Below, in pieces: positions 1 to 12,073 of a stretch of DNA of 64,000 nucleotides. The notes beneath the pieces were generated by a model. That model made no database searches and was not told the origin of the DNA. It saw nothing but the letters and a program-made list of their open reading frames with translations. Made by a program: the position numbers and the translations under genes. Position 1 is the first letter of the stretch, and each line of letters opens with the position of its first letter. This stretch comes from Iphione sp. A-MEVVRFRX5 (lineage: Eukaryota), in assembly GCA_976226885.1 (NCBI GenBank), contig OZ320314.1:67332001-67396000 (forward strand), written 5' to 3'.

Positions 1-254
1 TGGATGGCCCATAGCATCTCATGATTTATACATGCTGTGATTGATCCTTGTTTTCGATTTAAAGACTCCCCAGTTCGCCTGGTAGGTTACTGAGTACTGC
101 TCCCTTTTTAACGCTCGGTTAATTTCGTCCAATATTGATTTTTCTGATCCTGTGTTAACTGGGGGTTCCCGAAATTGAACCAGAATTTGTGGCGTATAAT
201 AACTACTATTCACTGTTACTTCTGGGTTGATTCGACTTTAGATTCTGTCTGCAG

Positions 255-539
255 GTCCACTCGAGTTCTGCAACATGGAGACATTCAATGCCACATGTGA
301 CCGTAACCAAGTATTGCTCATGCGGAGCGCTCGTTACGGTCGGATGAAGATGGGCCGCTGTGTCAAAGGTAATTATGGCTACTTGGGCTGTGCTGCCGAC
401 GTCAAGCCCTACCTGGAGACGAAGTGCTCGGGTCGCAACACCTGCAAACTGGTCGTGCCGGACACATTCTTGCATGAAAGCAAACCGTGCCCTGGGGACT
501 TTACATGCTACCTTGAGATCAGCTACGAATGCCTAAGAG
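255..539 (+). CDS. Host receptor gene, exon encoding a SUEL/rhamnose-binding (Gal_lectin-like) domain; upstream exons lie outside the window
   Basis: tgcag acceptor ends at 254 and GTAAGT donor starts at 540; 285 nt, phase 1-1. PLEFCNMETFNATC...SARYGRM..GRC...LGC..DV...L...CSGRNTC...PCP...YLEISYEC has the 8-Cys SUEL pattern. Confidence 0.88.
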
Positions 540-1613
540 GTAAGTCAAATGGAAATCTGTCTTTTCTCTCTGATCAAAAGTAATGAATGTGAGCATCTTT
601 GGTTCATACTTTGATATCATACATGTAAACACAAGAGACACTCGAGTGAATAGATCGTATTAGCGATTAGCATCATTTGTATGATACATACGTTCTCTGT
701 ATGGCGAACAGAAATCTGTTGCATAAGAGGTAGCGATAATATCGGTCAAAAGTTTAATTCTCACTTTCTTGGAAGGGTCAACGTAATCTATAGTTATCAA
801 CCTCACAAGGCGTCGCTTAGAGTTTAAACAACATAAGGGGAGATATGATATATCACAATCCTCAAAATTCGTTGTTGTAACTTGCTGCTATCATTACTTT
901 TGGTCACTTGAATTTAGACTCATTATTAGTTTTCTTATCTTTGGCTCGAAGACTCCAATTGTGCCTGTGTGGTACTGTTAGAAATGAAATAAAACTTGAA
1001 ACTTGAAAACTGGTTTACGCTCTGTCTCTGTCAAATCTGTATCTGAGAACAAGATATCTGTGCTCACGAGGGGAGCATAATTAAATACTAAAGATGCTTC
1101 AAAAGCCTACCAATTGGGAACGTTTTGATTTTGCTTCTAATTAGCACCATTGCAGATCAAAAGAGATAAAATTTCCCATGAAATTATGGTTTGAGAGCTT
1201 TTAGAAAATTTGGACTTTATCTTTCTAAAATGTTTAATAAGCGTCCTCATATACTTAGGGTTGTTCTGAGCATTCTTTTCACGTTTGGTCCTGGTATGTT
1301 GTTCTCTAGGCAAACCTCAATAGCCTATAAATGTAGTTAATTTGTTTCATTGAAAATGTACCAGAATACAGGTGCAGCAACCATTGTTATTCCATTGTGC
1401 TTTATTCCGTCGCAGAGAAACGAAGCCTTCCTCAGAGACATCTCTCTTCTAGTGCGAGAGATGGTCTTTGAAACTCCTACTATTCTTTATTGCGTTCATT
1501 ATACCGTTATAATAAGGACTGCATTATGTGTCGTCCCCATGTATGTATGTATGTACGTATGTATTGGAATAATATGACTACATCTATGTGTGATCATTCT
1601 TGTGTTGTTGCAG

Positions 1614-2027
1614 TGGCGTCAGGTACGAGGAAAGAATGCCAAGCTTCACGTCTCCTCAAGCTGACTACGCAGTCGAGCGGCTACATCGCCAGCTCTATCA
1701 CCGAAGAAGAGGGGCTTGGTTCTGTCCACTGCCCCTGGTGGATCCGTGTCAATCCGGGCCAGCGTATCCGCATTACACTGCTTAGCTTTGTGGGCGCGGC
1801 GCCAAGCGTGCAGGAAGGCGGCACGGAGAAGCAGTTGGCGCGGCGACAGGAGATTTGCTACGATCTAGCTATCGTGCTCGAGGAGCCTGTCAAGAAGACC
1901 ATCACTGTCTGTCCAGGCGAGGAGCGAGAACGCAGCGTGTTCGTCTCACGCTCTAATAGTATTAAGGTGGAGATTGTACGGCGCAGGTTGCTCAGCTCGC
2001 TCGGGGCCTTCCTGCTCAAGTACGAAG
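1614..2027 (+). CDS. Host receptor gene, CUB-like domain exon
   Basis: ttgcag acceptor, GTAAGA donor at 2028; 414 nt, phase 1-1. SGYIASS...CPWWIRVNPGQRIRITLLSF...VFVSRSNSIKVEI...FLLKYE is a CUB-type pattern. Confidence 0.85.
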
Positions 2028-4612
2028 GTAAGAACCTTAAGGCGTGGACTTCTGGAGGTGATAAGAGGGTGGTGCCACAGGTGAAGCATGTGGTTTAAGT
2101 TCGAGTACAAGGTAAGGTAGGCTTAGCTCCGAAGAGAGTAGGAAGGGAGGAAGTCATATCGGGTAATAGTATTTTAGGCGTTTTATAAATTAAACGGGGT
2201 TAGAAACACAGTTACGAAATATGATACTGCAGTCATCGGGGCATGAAGCCGATTACAAGCAGGACAAGTTCAGTAGGATTGACCTTGACAAATGTAAGCA
2301 ATATCCAGCAGCAGGAGGCAGGACTAAGACGACACAAGCTTAGGCCTAACACAATAACTGTGTTTCCTGTAACATGCTGGGCAAATATAGGGTCCCTAGA
2401 TAGGTGTTTTTTTATATTTCTTTGTTTTCAATGTTAACTGATCCTAAAACTAACTAATGTATGTGGTAATATCACTTATATTGTTTATACTATAAAACAA
2501 GCTTTTTGGGGACCGACTTTCCATGAAAAAAGCCTTTTTGCCATTTTCTCCTGTCTTCCATGGTCTTCAAAGGACACCCCTGTGCGTGAATGTGCGTGAA
2601 AACAAAAACACAGGGTCCCAGACTGGTAATACATGCGGACACCTCCCATACTTGTCCGCACTGCTCCACGGGTGTGGACAGTGGGCCTAAGCAACAAAAT
2701 AGTGTATTATATTGATCTGTAACTTTATTCATTGTCTAGAGATTTACAAAAGGAGAATAAAATGAACATTTCCATTGACACCCAAATAATGGTCAGTCCA
2801 GGTTACAAGAAACACGGGTATTTTTGACAGGCCTTACTGAACAGGTAAATGGAGGCGAACAGATGAGATAGGCAGGTAATATACTCCTACACTTACGCGT
2901 CAATTAGGGGGGGGGCAGGGAAATACATGTATATCCTTCCTACTTTTATGTTTGGGGGGACAATAAATATTGTGCCCCGCCTTGTCACTTTTTATGCAAG
3001 TTTGCTACGAGCTCAAAGCAATTATACCTGTGTTTCCGGTAACATGTTGAACAATATGTAGGGTTGGTAGGTCGATGGATTCTTTCTGGTTTTTCTTTTT
3101 ACATACAAATGTCATTGTGAACAAGCTAGTTAGTGTTTGTCGAGCCTGTTGCTATCACATCTGCTGTTTAGAATTTAATAATATATATATATATCATATG
3201 AAAGCTAATTGTTCAAGGAACAGAATACTCTATGGTATGCGTTTGTAGCTCTATCTATTGTCAAAATATTTTCAAAACAAATGTTTAAAAAATATTCCAA
3301 GGGGTCAAAAATCAGGGTCTGTCGGTTTCCTGGAAACACAAATATTTTAGTAGGCCTAATTTCCTATAATTTCTCCACTGACAGGTGTCTAAAGGTCTCC
3401 CTGCCCCCCCCCCCCCACTGGTTGGTGCCCTTGGTCGCAGATTATCAAATAATGAGCAAATAATGGAGAAACGCTGGTCCAACCTACACTCGTCTAATTA
3501 CTACGACAGAATAACCTTCATTCTTGCATTCTTCTGTACTGATAAAGTTGATCAGGTAGAGAGGAGGGAAGGGAACGGCTTATTACAAGACAGTCGGAAG
3601 ATGAGAGGCTACAAGGCAGTGTACATGTATCTAGACTGGGAACGCCATCACGGCAGCACCAGTGCGTCAGAGAAGGTCACGATTTCGTCTAGTGATCTAA
3701 GTCGGGCATTGTCTCTAGTGTTCTCTAGGGTGTGCCTTACTCGCAATCTGAGAGCGGTAGAGTCTATGTGATAATCGTGTCGAAGGAATTATTTTCCCTC
3801 GTGGTAAGAACTTTCAATCAATTAATTCTATTAATTACTCCAATCTTCAACATCTTAATCATGTATGATGATACAGCGTGCGGTACACATCTGATGTTGG
3901 TTTCTTCTAGACATTAATGTTATTTGTAATATACAATTGCGTCTGCTCAATTCTGAATAACATGATTAATCCGTGGTCGCTTCCGCAGTGCTGATAATTG
4001 GACCTAATGAAAGTGAACCATTATTTGCCTTTCCTAGTGTAATCAGTAATTAGTTAATCAGCCATGCCAATCGATTCACTTTACTCTGTCATCTCCTTGG
4101 CTCACCCATCATGTTCGTCCAATACTTTCCTCTGGCATTCTCCAGCTTCGGACTTTTTAGGGGCCTTTGCTCGATCGTGAGTTCCTATTTCATCTTGCCT
4201 TAAATATAGATTTTTAATTAGGATGCGGTTCTCCGGAGACGTCACATCAATGCTATTTCGGGCATGGAAAGCTGTCGGGACCACCCAGAGATGAATATAC
4301 ATTTGTTCATCTAAAGGAACAAATTTACAACTCAGGCATACGTTCCACGAGTAAACATCTTTATGTCCATATGTTATAATGATTGCAGACCTGTAATAGT
4401 ACATGGAAAAAGAATTCGCTGTCAGAAATGTCTTGATATATTACTGTCGGTATGACCGTGCACATTACAGAGTGACCTGGTAGTTTCAAATGACGGGTAG
4501 ATTAAATATAATGTCATGGCATATTAGCATACCTATGTTGAGAACGTTGTCGCGGGGATGTATGTGTCATGCCCTGGGCGCTATAACTCGCTGAACTGTG
4601 CTTGCTTTGCAG

Positions 4613-4768
4613 CAGTGGGATGCCCAGACGTGAAGCCAATCCCACATGCCCTCATCAAGAGGAAGGGCGAGGACTCCCTGGAGGTTCGCTGCAACCTGAC
4701 GGAGGAGACGTGGTACCTCACCTGCAAGGGAACCAACTGGGTCGGCGACTACGGTAACTGCTCAGACG
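4613..4768 (+). CDS. Host receptor gene, sushi/CCP-like 4-Cys exon (tandem acceptor allows a start at 4613 or 4616)
   Basis: ttgcAGcAG acceptor, GTGAGA donor at 4769; phase 1-1. VGCPDVKP...VRCNLTEETWYLTCKGTNWVGDYGNCS. Confidence 0.8.
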
Positions 4769-6029
4769 GTGAGAGCCTCCTGCTGGTGTAATACGTTCCA
4801 TGCATCTATTACTCGTCGAACCGAAAAAAAGATATGGCGCGGGTCCAACCCAGTCGTCCAACGTACCAGGTTAAATCTGTGGTTAGTTGTGCGAAAAGGG
4901 ATGACCGAAGTTTTAGCGGTAAAATGCTAATAAATATGGAAGATCCCTTACAACGGAGAACATGAAAATTTAGTCATGACAATGTTTATTTCGTTATTGT
5001 TGGTAATGGATTTTTTGCATGTTATATTTGTGTTAACTTCAATCGCTACTTAAGTAATTTTATATTATCTGTGATAATCTTGACAAGATATGTGAATGAA
5101 CTCATTTACATATACATGTGTAATATATAACAGAATTTAAAGGTTTTATGAATACCAATAAATATTAAAATAGCAAAGATCTCTTCCCAGGAATTGGAAT
5201 ACTTTTTTTTAAATGTCAATGTCAGAACTGACTTTGTTCTATAATTAGAACTGATTTTTAATTTACACTTCTTACAGCATCAAAATGTTTTACATTTTAG
5301 AGTGTTAATTTTTGTATTTGGGTCTAAAGCAGTCTCTTCGGGTGGTTGCACTACAATATCTCAGAATGTGAGAGGAGCGTTTACATACCTTTTACACCAA
5401 ATGATACCTAAGTCTGCTCTATAGGTTTCATAGTTTACACTGGTTTGCCGCTCTTGGTTGGCTGTATCTCAAAGACGTTTTCTTTTCAATCGTAAATAGC
5501 TGAGATGCATCTTACCTGTGTCAATGAACTCCTGTATTAGCAGGTTGATTCACTTTCTATGAAAGAGTATAGCCTCATCATTTTGTTCATAACTGGTATA
5601 CTGAATATACCACTGGACAAAATACAATTTACACTCGAAAATACTGACCATGGTACACGATTGTTAGCGCCAAGTGACCAGTAGAGTGCCCTCATACCAT
5701 TAAATTTGTTATATACTAATCAATCATGATTTACAACATATGGTCTGTTATTAACTTAACTGTATGATATTGTGCTTACACATTGTACAGACATCCAAAG
5801 CTCAAAGCATCGGCTGCAGTACTGTTTTTGTTTACATCATTATTGAGTCGTGTAATTTTATTAATACTAGAGTGATTGAAATCTACTCTGTAGGCGAATG
5901 TTTATTCCGGCGTTAACCATGGCGAAGTGAAGCGCGCGAAACACTCAGTATAACTCCCCGCCTAGATATCATATAGATATTCACTTATTTAATGCGTCGA
6001 GGGAATGTGTAATATCGTCGGCCAGTGTA

Positions 6030-8000
6030 CCGATTTAGCCCGTCGTCATGCTGAGGAAACCATGCATGAGGCCGGTGGAGATGGGCTGGGCCGAGCTGGG
6101 CCATGTGACGGGTCCCGCGTCACCGTCATCAATCCTGCATCCTGTGACTTCTGAGACCAGCATGAGTCTGTCCCAATCACATTTCTCATTGATCTCAAAC
6201 ATTCGGCTGGCCACCGTTAAATATGTTCGCTGAAAGTACACTCGTCTGGCAAGGGATCGACGGTAGTTGTCAATTGCATTTCGGCAGTTAAAGTGGTCCG
6301 TTCCTCATTTCTGTCGTTCCTTTTCAGTACAAAGTATGAGAAAACAGAGACAAACCCATGGAGGATAAGCTGTGAGTCCACGATGACTAGATGTGTTGAC
6401 ACACACCTGAGTGCTAATGTTTCTAATATACACAGTTCTGAAGTATACACATGTACACGTAAAACCTGTCCGTCAGCAGAAGTACATACATCTGTTGTAC
6501 ATATTGCATATCCCACTCCACTGATTACATTCAACACAGATATTCAGATTCAGGATACAGGATCTTGATCGAGCAAGCACCTCAAAAATGCATTTATACT
6601 TTTACGTTGCTGTTGACATGTGATTTAAAACATTTGTCATCACAAAGGTCCCTTATTTACACAGGTACATCTCCATTTGGCAGCATACACCAGGATGCTA
6701 ACCCCACACTTTCTTTTGTCCTTTAGAGGCTCATAGGGAACCACAATCACCATGACGTTCGCCTTCCAAAACCATTTACAGGTGTACATGTGTACAAATT
6801 ACCCTTGGATTTTCGACAGGCTTTATTCTAGTAACTGCATATGCAGCTTATTGTCCCCTCTCTGCCATACCTTCGTGACAAAGGGTGGATATAAGAATAT
6901 GCCCTCCAATGACTGTTAGTCTAGGGGTGTTTTACTCATGGAAATTAGTGGAATTAAACTACAGGGAACTCGTGAATAATTTCAGAAAATTAAAGAAGAT
7001 GTTGCCAAATTTGGATGGAGTGTATGGATACACTTTTTGGGGAGTCTGCAGTGGTATGTCTTCTGTTCTTGAACAAACTCTGCTCAGCCTCATCTGTCCA
7101 CTAGGTCAGACTACGGGGGATGTTCACCATGGTGATCAGGGATAGCTCAGAAATTAGCATATATGGATCAATGGAGCATCATTTTGTTTTCTGTCGATGA
7201 AATGGGCTACCTTTATTACAGGGTCGTCCCGAAACAGGAGTTTACTCTTCAGCTACACATAATTACACACCTAGCTGAAGCCTATAATTTTATGTCCATA
7301 TCTATGAAGAAGCATCAAGTATATGTACATACATTCTTTGAGTGTGTGCTTGGCAGAGTGTACCATACAATTACATGGGCCATCTCCATCCTTAGATAAA
7401 AAGGTGGAGAAGAAAATAAACTCAGCCCCTATCTACCGTTCCCCAATATCAGCCGAATTCCCACATTCTCTATATCAAATTAAATGTAGCCGAAAACTAT
7501 GACTAGTTGTCACTACCATCTAATTAACGGAACCAAATTTACTTTGACAGAAAGATGACTTTGCCTGAAATTGACGGCATACATACATGTGTACAATTAT
7601 ACACGTAATTATTGACGTGATTCTTAACACATTCCACGGAATTCCTGTCAGGCATTCAATTTTGTTCTCAAAAAGGACGACAAAATATAAGAGCTCATAC
7701 TTGTCCGTTATCTGTACGATGTCTATAACCTTTCCAAGAGTTGATTCATGCTGATTCTTGGATCTGTACATGGAACATGTGGTGAGATACAATTTTACAC
7801 ATATATTGAGGTACATGTACACTTTGTGCATGCGTACATAGTCATTTGGACCCATACACACTAGAATTTATTGTGTTTTGCTGCACTGGTCAGTATCCAT
7901 GTACACATGTCTCTAGGTGTACACACTTTGTAATCGGCGATCAAGTAAAACGACGAGTATGGCGTCTTCCCCGGTAGCAGTTGACGGGTATCACAGAAAA
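6030..8000 (-). pseudogene. Highly decayed DNA-transposon coding remnant, possibly CACTA/Mirage-like transposase
   Basis: Stop-ridden minus-strand fragments (LFRDDP..., IPLQTPQKVY...KFGNIFFNF...FNSTNFH, ...STGLMHGFL) loosely recall EnSpm/Mirage transposase motifs from memory. No termini found. Confidence 0.25.
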
Positions 8001-8744
8001 GGACGAATAACGTAGTTTGAGTGTTAGTGGGGTGCACATGTTACATGACACCCGCACCTTGCCGTGTATTGAATCAGTCCGCAGTGTGCGTGTGCCACTC
8101 ACCCCAACCTTTAAGCCTGTCGGTGGCACGTCCCAAAGCCCCAGGCCCTTGCGCCTGTGCTCTTGCCTGCCTCAAAGGATGCTGTGAAGGTTTCCCGCAC
8201 CGCTGGCCGTCAGGCGTTGACGGTATTACGGGCGCCTTGAATGCAGGCCGTAGGCCGGAGATAGGGTTGTAATATGTAGCAATCACCACCTCATCACGTC
8301 CAAGACGCCGCCGCTAGATTAAATGTGAATGCGTCACAGAGGTAACCGCCAGCTGGCGTCGGAAACCCACCGTCGAGCCGACTAAACGAGCTTAGCGCGT
8401 ATTTTTCATACTCGTTTTCGGCCTGTACAGGGGGAAGGCGAGGAGAGGCCACCGAACTGCAGAGCAATCGCTGCGGTGGGTTAAGGAGAAACCAGAAATC
8501 GGGTTAGATTGCAACCGTAAATGTTCATTCCGAAGCTTTTCATCTTCACTTGTATCGTTTCCCGCTCCCATTCCTCTGTCTCTTTGCCTGTCTGTCTCGC
8601 TCTAAATTTTTCTCTCTCCCTCTCTCTCTATCTCTCTCTGTCCATCTCTCACTTCCTGTCGATCTCTTCCCACTCGCCTCTGTTCCCTCTGTTCAAATTG
8701 AGAAGCAAGGTTGAATTACAGACTGTTGAACATTTCATTAAACG

Positions 8745-8750
<6 letters not shown>

Positions 8751-8779
<29 letters not shown>
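8751..8779. repeat. (AT)n microsatellite, about 14 units
   Basis: Direct read of the sequence. Confidence 0.95.
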
Positions 8780-8781
<2 letters not shown>

Positions 8782-9022
8782 AATGTATGCATTTGTCCGC
8801 AATCTGTGGTGTCGCGGTTTATATTCTTTGTTCCACGGCCGTAAACCAAGTCGTCCAACCTTTCCCCCCCCTAAGGAAATGAGCAGTTATGAGGAGCTCA
8901 GGTGGTTGTCCATGTGACTCTAATTGTACCATCCATAACTGTCATGAGCTTACCCAAGGCGTGGAGGGCCTCCGATGAACAGCGCCTGCCTGGGGAAGCG
9001 TCGCAGTGGATACCAACTCCTG

Positions 9023-9040
9023 GGGGTGGTTTCAGAATGC
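9023..9040 (+). repeat. Harbinger left TIR
   Basis: GGTTTCAGAATGC core matches 19466-19478 in inverted orientation. Extra gtttcagaatg/gtttcagcatg copies at ~9100 and ~9170, plus four ttaacccc subterminal motifs. Confidence 0.8.
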
Positions 9041-9261
9041 GCAAAAATAATGGGATTAGCACCTTTAACCCCGGAAATTGAGTTAACCCCGAAATGGATG
9101 TTTCAGAATGTTCAAATGTAGTTTGTATTAAAATTTAACCCCCTACTCATGACTTGATACCAGTGCGTTGTTTCAGCATGACGTTTAACCCCTGAAAATA
9201 TAATCTTACTATTTGAGTAGGATTAGTTTGTTTTGAAACTGTCTGGCACGAATGACCTCGA

Positions 9262-11449
9262 ATGAAAATGGCTGCTATTCGTTACCGTGCAAGACGAATA
9301 ATGCGTCGCTTTGTTTATTATGACTGGTACCCACGACGTTTGACGGATCCGCATAATCCACTTGAAATTTTGAGTGAAGATGAAGTGAGAGAACGGTATC
9401 GTTTTTATCCTGACACGTTATATATACTTGCAAGGATCGTTTGTCAGCCCTTGACACAGGACCGTCGGAGAGGGAGTCCATTTCCCCCTCTCATTCAAGT
9501 TCTCATCTTTGTACGCTATCTCGCCACAGGTAAGACCTTTAGTTAATGTCCTGTAAAATGTATTCCCATGTGTAAAATGTATTCCCATGTGTAGACTACA
9601 ACCGCTACAAGTATGAATTTTTTTTTATTTTTTTTTTTAAAGGTGTTCGTGTTCATTCATGCCCCCAAATTTGTTGAAAGGCTGTGTTCGTGCACATTCG
9701 TGTATAAAGAAAAAATTGACGGGCTCTGTTCGTGCTCATTCGTGTCTAAAGAAAAAATTGACGGGCTGTGTTCGTGGTCATTCATGTGTTGTCTAGTGAA
9801 ATGGGGATGTATATGTCTGTGTGAGTGTAAGTGGTAACTGAGTTCGTTGGTGTGCCTTGCCCTATGGTAACAGCTATAGAGTCCATGAAAATTGTGTAAG
9901 AGTTTCATGGCCGAAGTTAGGATTCCATGTATATTATGTCCTTTTCCTTTTCTAGGTACTGAGCAGCTGACAATAGCTGACATATTTCGTGTTAGCAAGG
10001 CATCTGTATGCAGGACTGTGCACAAAGTGGCATATGTGGTGTACAGTTTGATGTTCGAGGAGAGTATTTGCCTGCCAACAGCTGAAGAACGGCCGCGTAT
10101 CATGGCAGGATTTCAGGCCATCGCTGGTATGCCACACATCATTGGGGCTGTGGATGGTACCCACGTGAGGATCATGCGTCCTCGCATGATCCCGGCACAG
10201 TTCGTGAACCGGCATCACCAGTATTCAATCAATGTACAGGTATGAACTGTTACTAAATGCATAAATCAAGAACCCTTAATTACAGTAGGGTACATGAGTT
10301 ATTGTACCATTAAAATTGAGTGGAAAAGGAAATACTCGTCGTTACTAAAGTGTATGCTGACAAAGACAAAACAATGTGAAGACAATGTAGGGTGTAGTTA
10401 GAAATATTTTTATTGCCATCATCATGTCCAAACAGCAAGTCTTCAATAGAAAAACATCAATTTGGGCAGTAAAAACTGTAACTTTTTCCTTAAAAGTCTG
10501 TCCAGCTAGGACAAATCTACTTGCAAATCACTAGAATAGGCACTGTGGCCTTGTACCCTAGAATACACTTGTTACTTTCCCCTTCATATGACTGTAGATG
10601 GTGTGCGACCATGAACAACGTGTGCGAAATATTGTAGCGGGATGGCCTGGCTCCACACATGATTCTCGCATCTACAAAAACAGTGTTGTCTGCACGCGTT
10701 ACCTACCTAACTGTTAGTACCCGACTAAATGTTATGTTATTAAAGTTCTACCATAATTTACTAGTACGATACAGTCTATGATTTCACCTCCAAAATTACC
10801 CAAATTCGAAGTACAGAATAAATTATCTGGGTGCCAAAATGAGTACATCTATATGTATTACAGGTAGTAAAATGTCTATCTGCTGTGCATTATGCTTCGA
10901 CACATCTTAAAAATACTGTAGAGAGACTGGAATGTTCTTGCTCGGCTGATATCGAACATGGCTCATTATACATGTTGTTGATAATAATGTGAACAGTTGA
11001 AAACATTCTTGAACCGATGCAGTATATACAAACTGTTGTGTTCCATTGCAGTGCAGGGTCCTGGCCACATTCTAGGTGATTCAGGGTATGCCTGCACAGG
11101 ACGGACACTGACCCCCTACCGAAATGCTGTAGGTGCTGCTCAGAATGCCTACCAAAATGCGCATACGACCACACGCACCATAATTGAGCACACCTTTGGT
11201 GTAATCAAAAGTCGGTTTGGTGCACTGGGAAAGCGGCTGCGAACCTCGCCCGAGAGGAGTTCGTGCATCATCTCCTGTGCAGCAATACTTCACAACTTTG
11301 CACTGGACCATCGTGACGAGTTGATTGAGACAGTGCCACCCTATGTCCCCCCTCCCGAGGAGCTTGAAGAGGCGGCACTGGAGGTCATTGAACAACCTGG
11401 GTCACAATATCGTGATCTGTATGCCCAGACCTACTTTGGCCGGCGCTGA
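9262..11449 (+). CDS. Harbinger (HARBI1-like) DDE transposase, 4 exons: 9262-9529, 9956-10239, 10598-10712, 11052-11449; about 354 aa
   Basis: Spliced frame is continuous (1065 nt). Motifs ERYRF, RYLATG, GAVDGTHV, INVQ.VCD, WPGSTHDSRI, GDSGY, IIEHTFG..KSRF, CAAILHNF; all three catalytic residues present. The exon 3 donor (GTTAGT at 10713) is the least certain junction. Confidence 0.92.
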
Positions 11450-12073
11450 AGTGCACATGTTTGTTTGTTCAGGTACTCTGGGCCGAAGGTCGACAAGTGT
11501 GCCTCCTGCGAGTGGGGTTGGGTGTTGGCCTCTACTGTGTTAATGGGATATAGTTGAATTCTTGATTGGTAGAAGCTATAGAAAAGCATACTGGGTTGGT
11601 AAGGAGTTTAAAAAAAGCTAGAAGCTCATTTTAACTTCCTGACCAACCCAGTGTTCTTGTCCATAGTTACTATCAGTCCTGAATTGAACTGCATCCCTTT
11701 AGCATGAGAGGCCAACACCCAACCTTCTATGGAAAACCCCACTCGAGTTGGGACACCCGTTGATGTTCTGCCTTGGAGTACCTGAAAGAAAAATGATAGA
11801 GGCACTAGCCTGCCTAGTACAGTTCCTGAGTGAGGCACTTGAAATTATCGGTGCATGTATATCAACGAAAAACCAAAATAAATGCTTGAATGACTTATCC
11901 TCTTACAATGTTCTCCTTTTTTATATCAAATAGTCTATAAAGCGGGTATCTTCATAAGTACAATTCTCTGTAAGACTGAACTGTCAAAAAGGAGAAAACG
12001 AACTGACTACAACAAACCCTAATTGTACTGTCTACTACTACATTGCGTAACGAACTCCAAATCGAGCCCATGT

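Noticed and set aside
2890-3432. Inverted G-run/gcaggga motifs suggesting a hAT-like MITE
   Set aside because: The match is mostly homopolymer, with no clear termini or TSD.
3460-4400. Possible RTE-like LINE fragment (KMRGYKAVYMYLDWER)
   Set aside because: A single weak motif with no continuous frame.
11690-11760. tRNA-Glu-like stretch on the minus strand
   Set aside because: Cannot fold a cloverleaf and the B-box is degenerate; better explained as one arm of the local inverted repeat.
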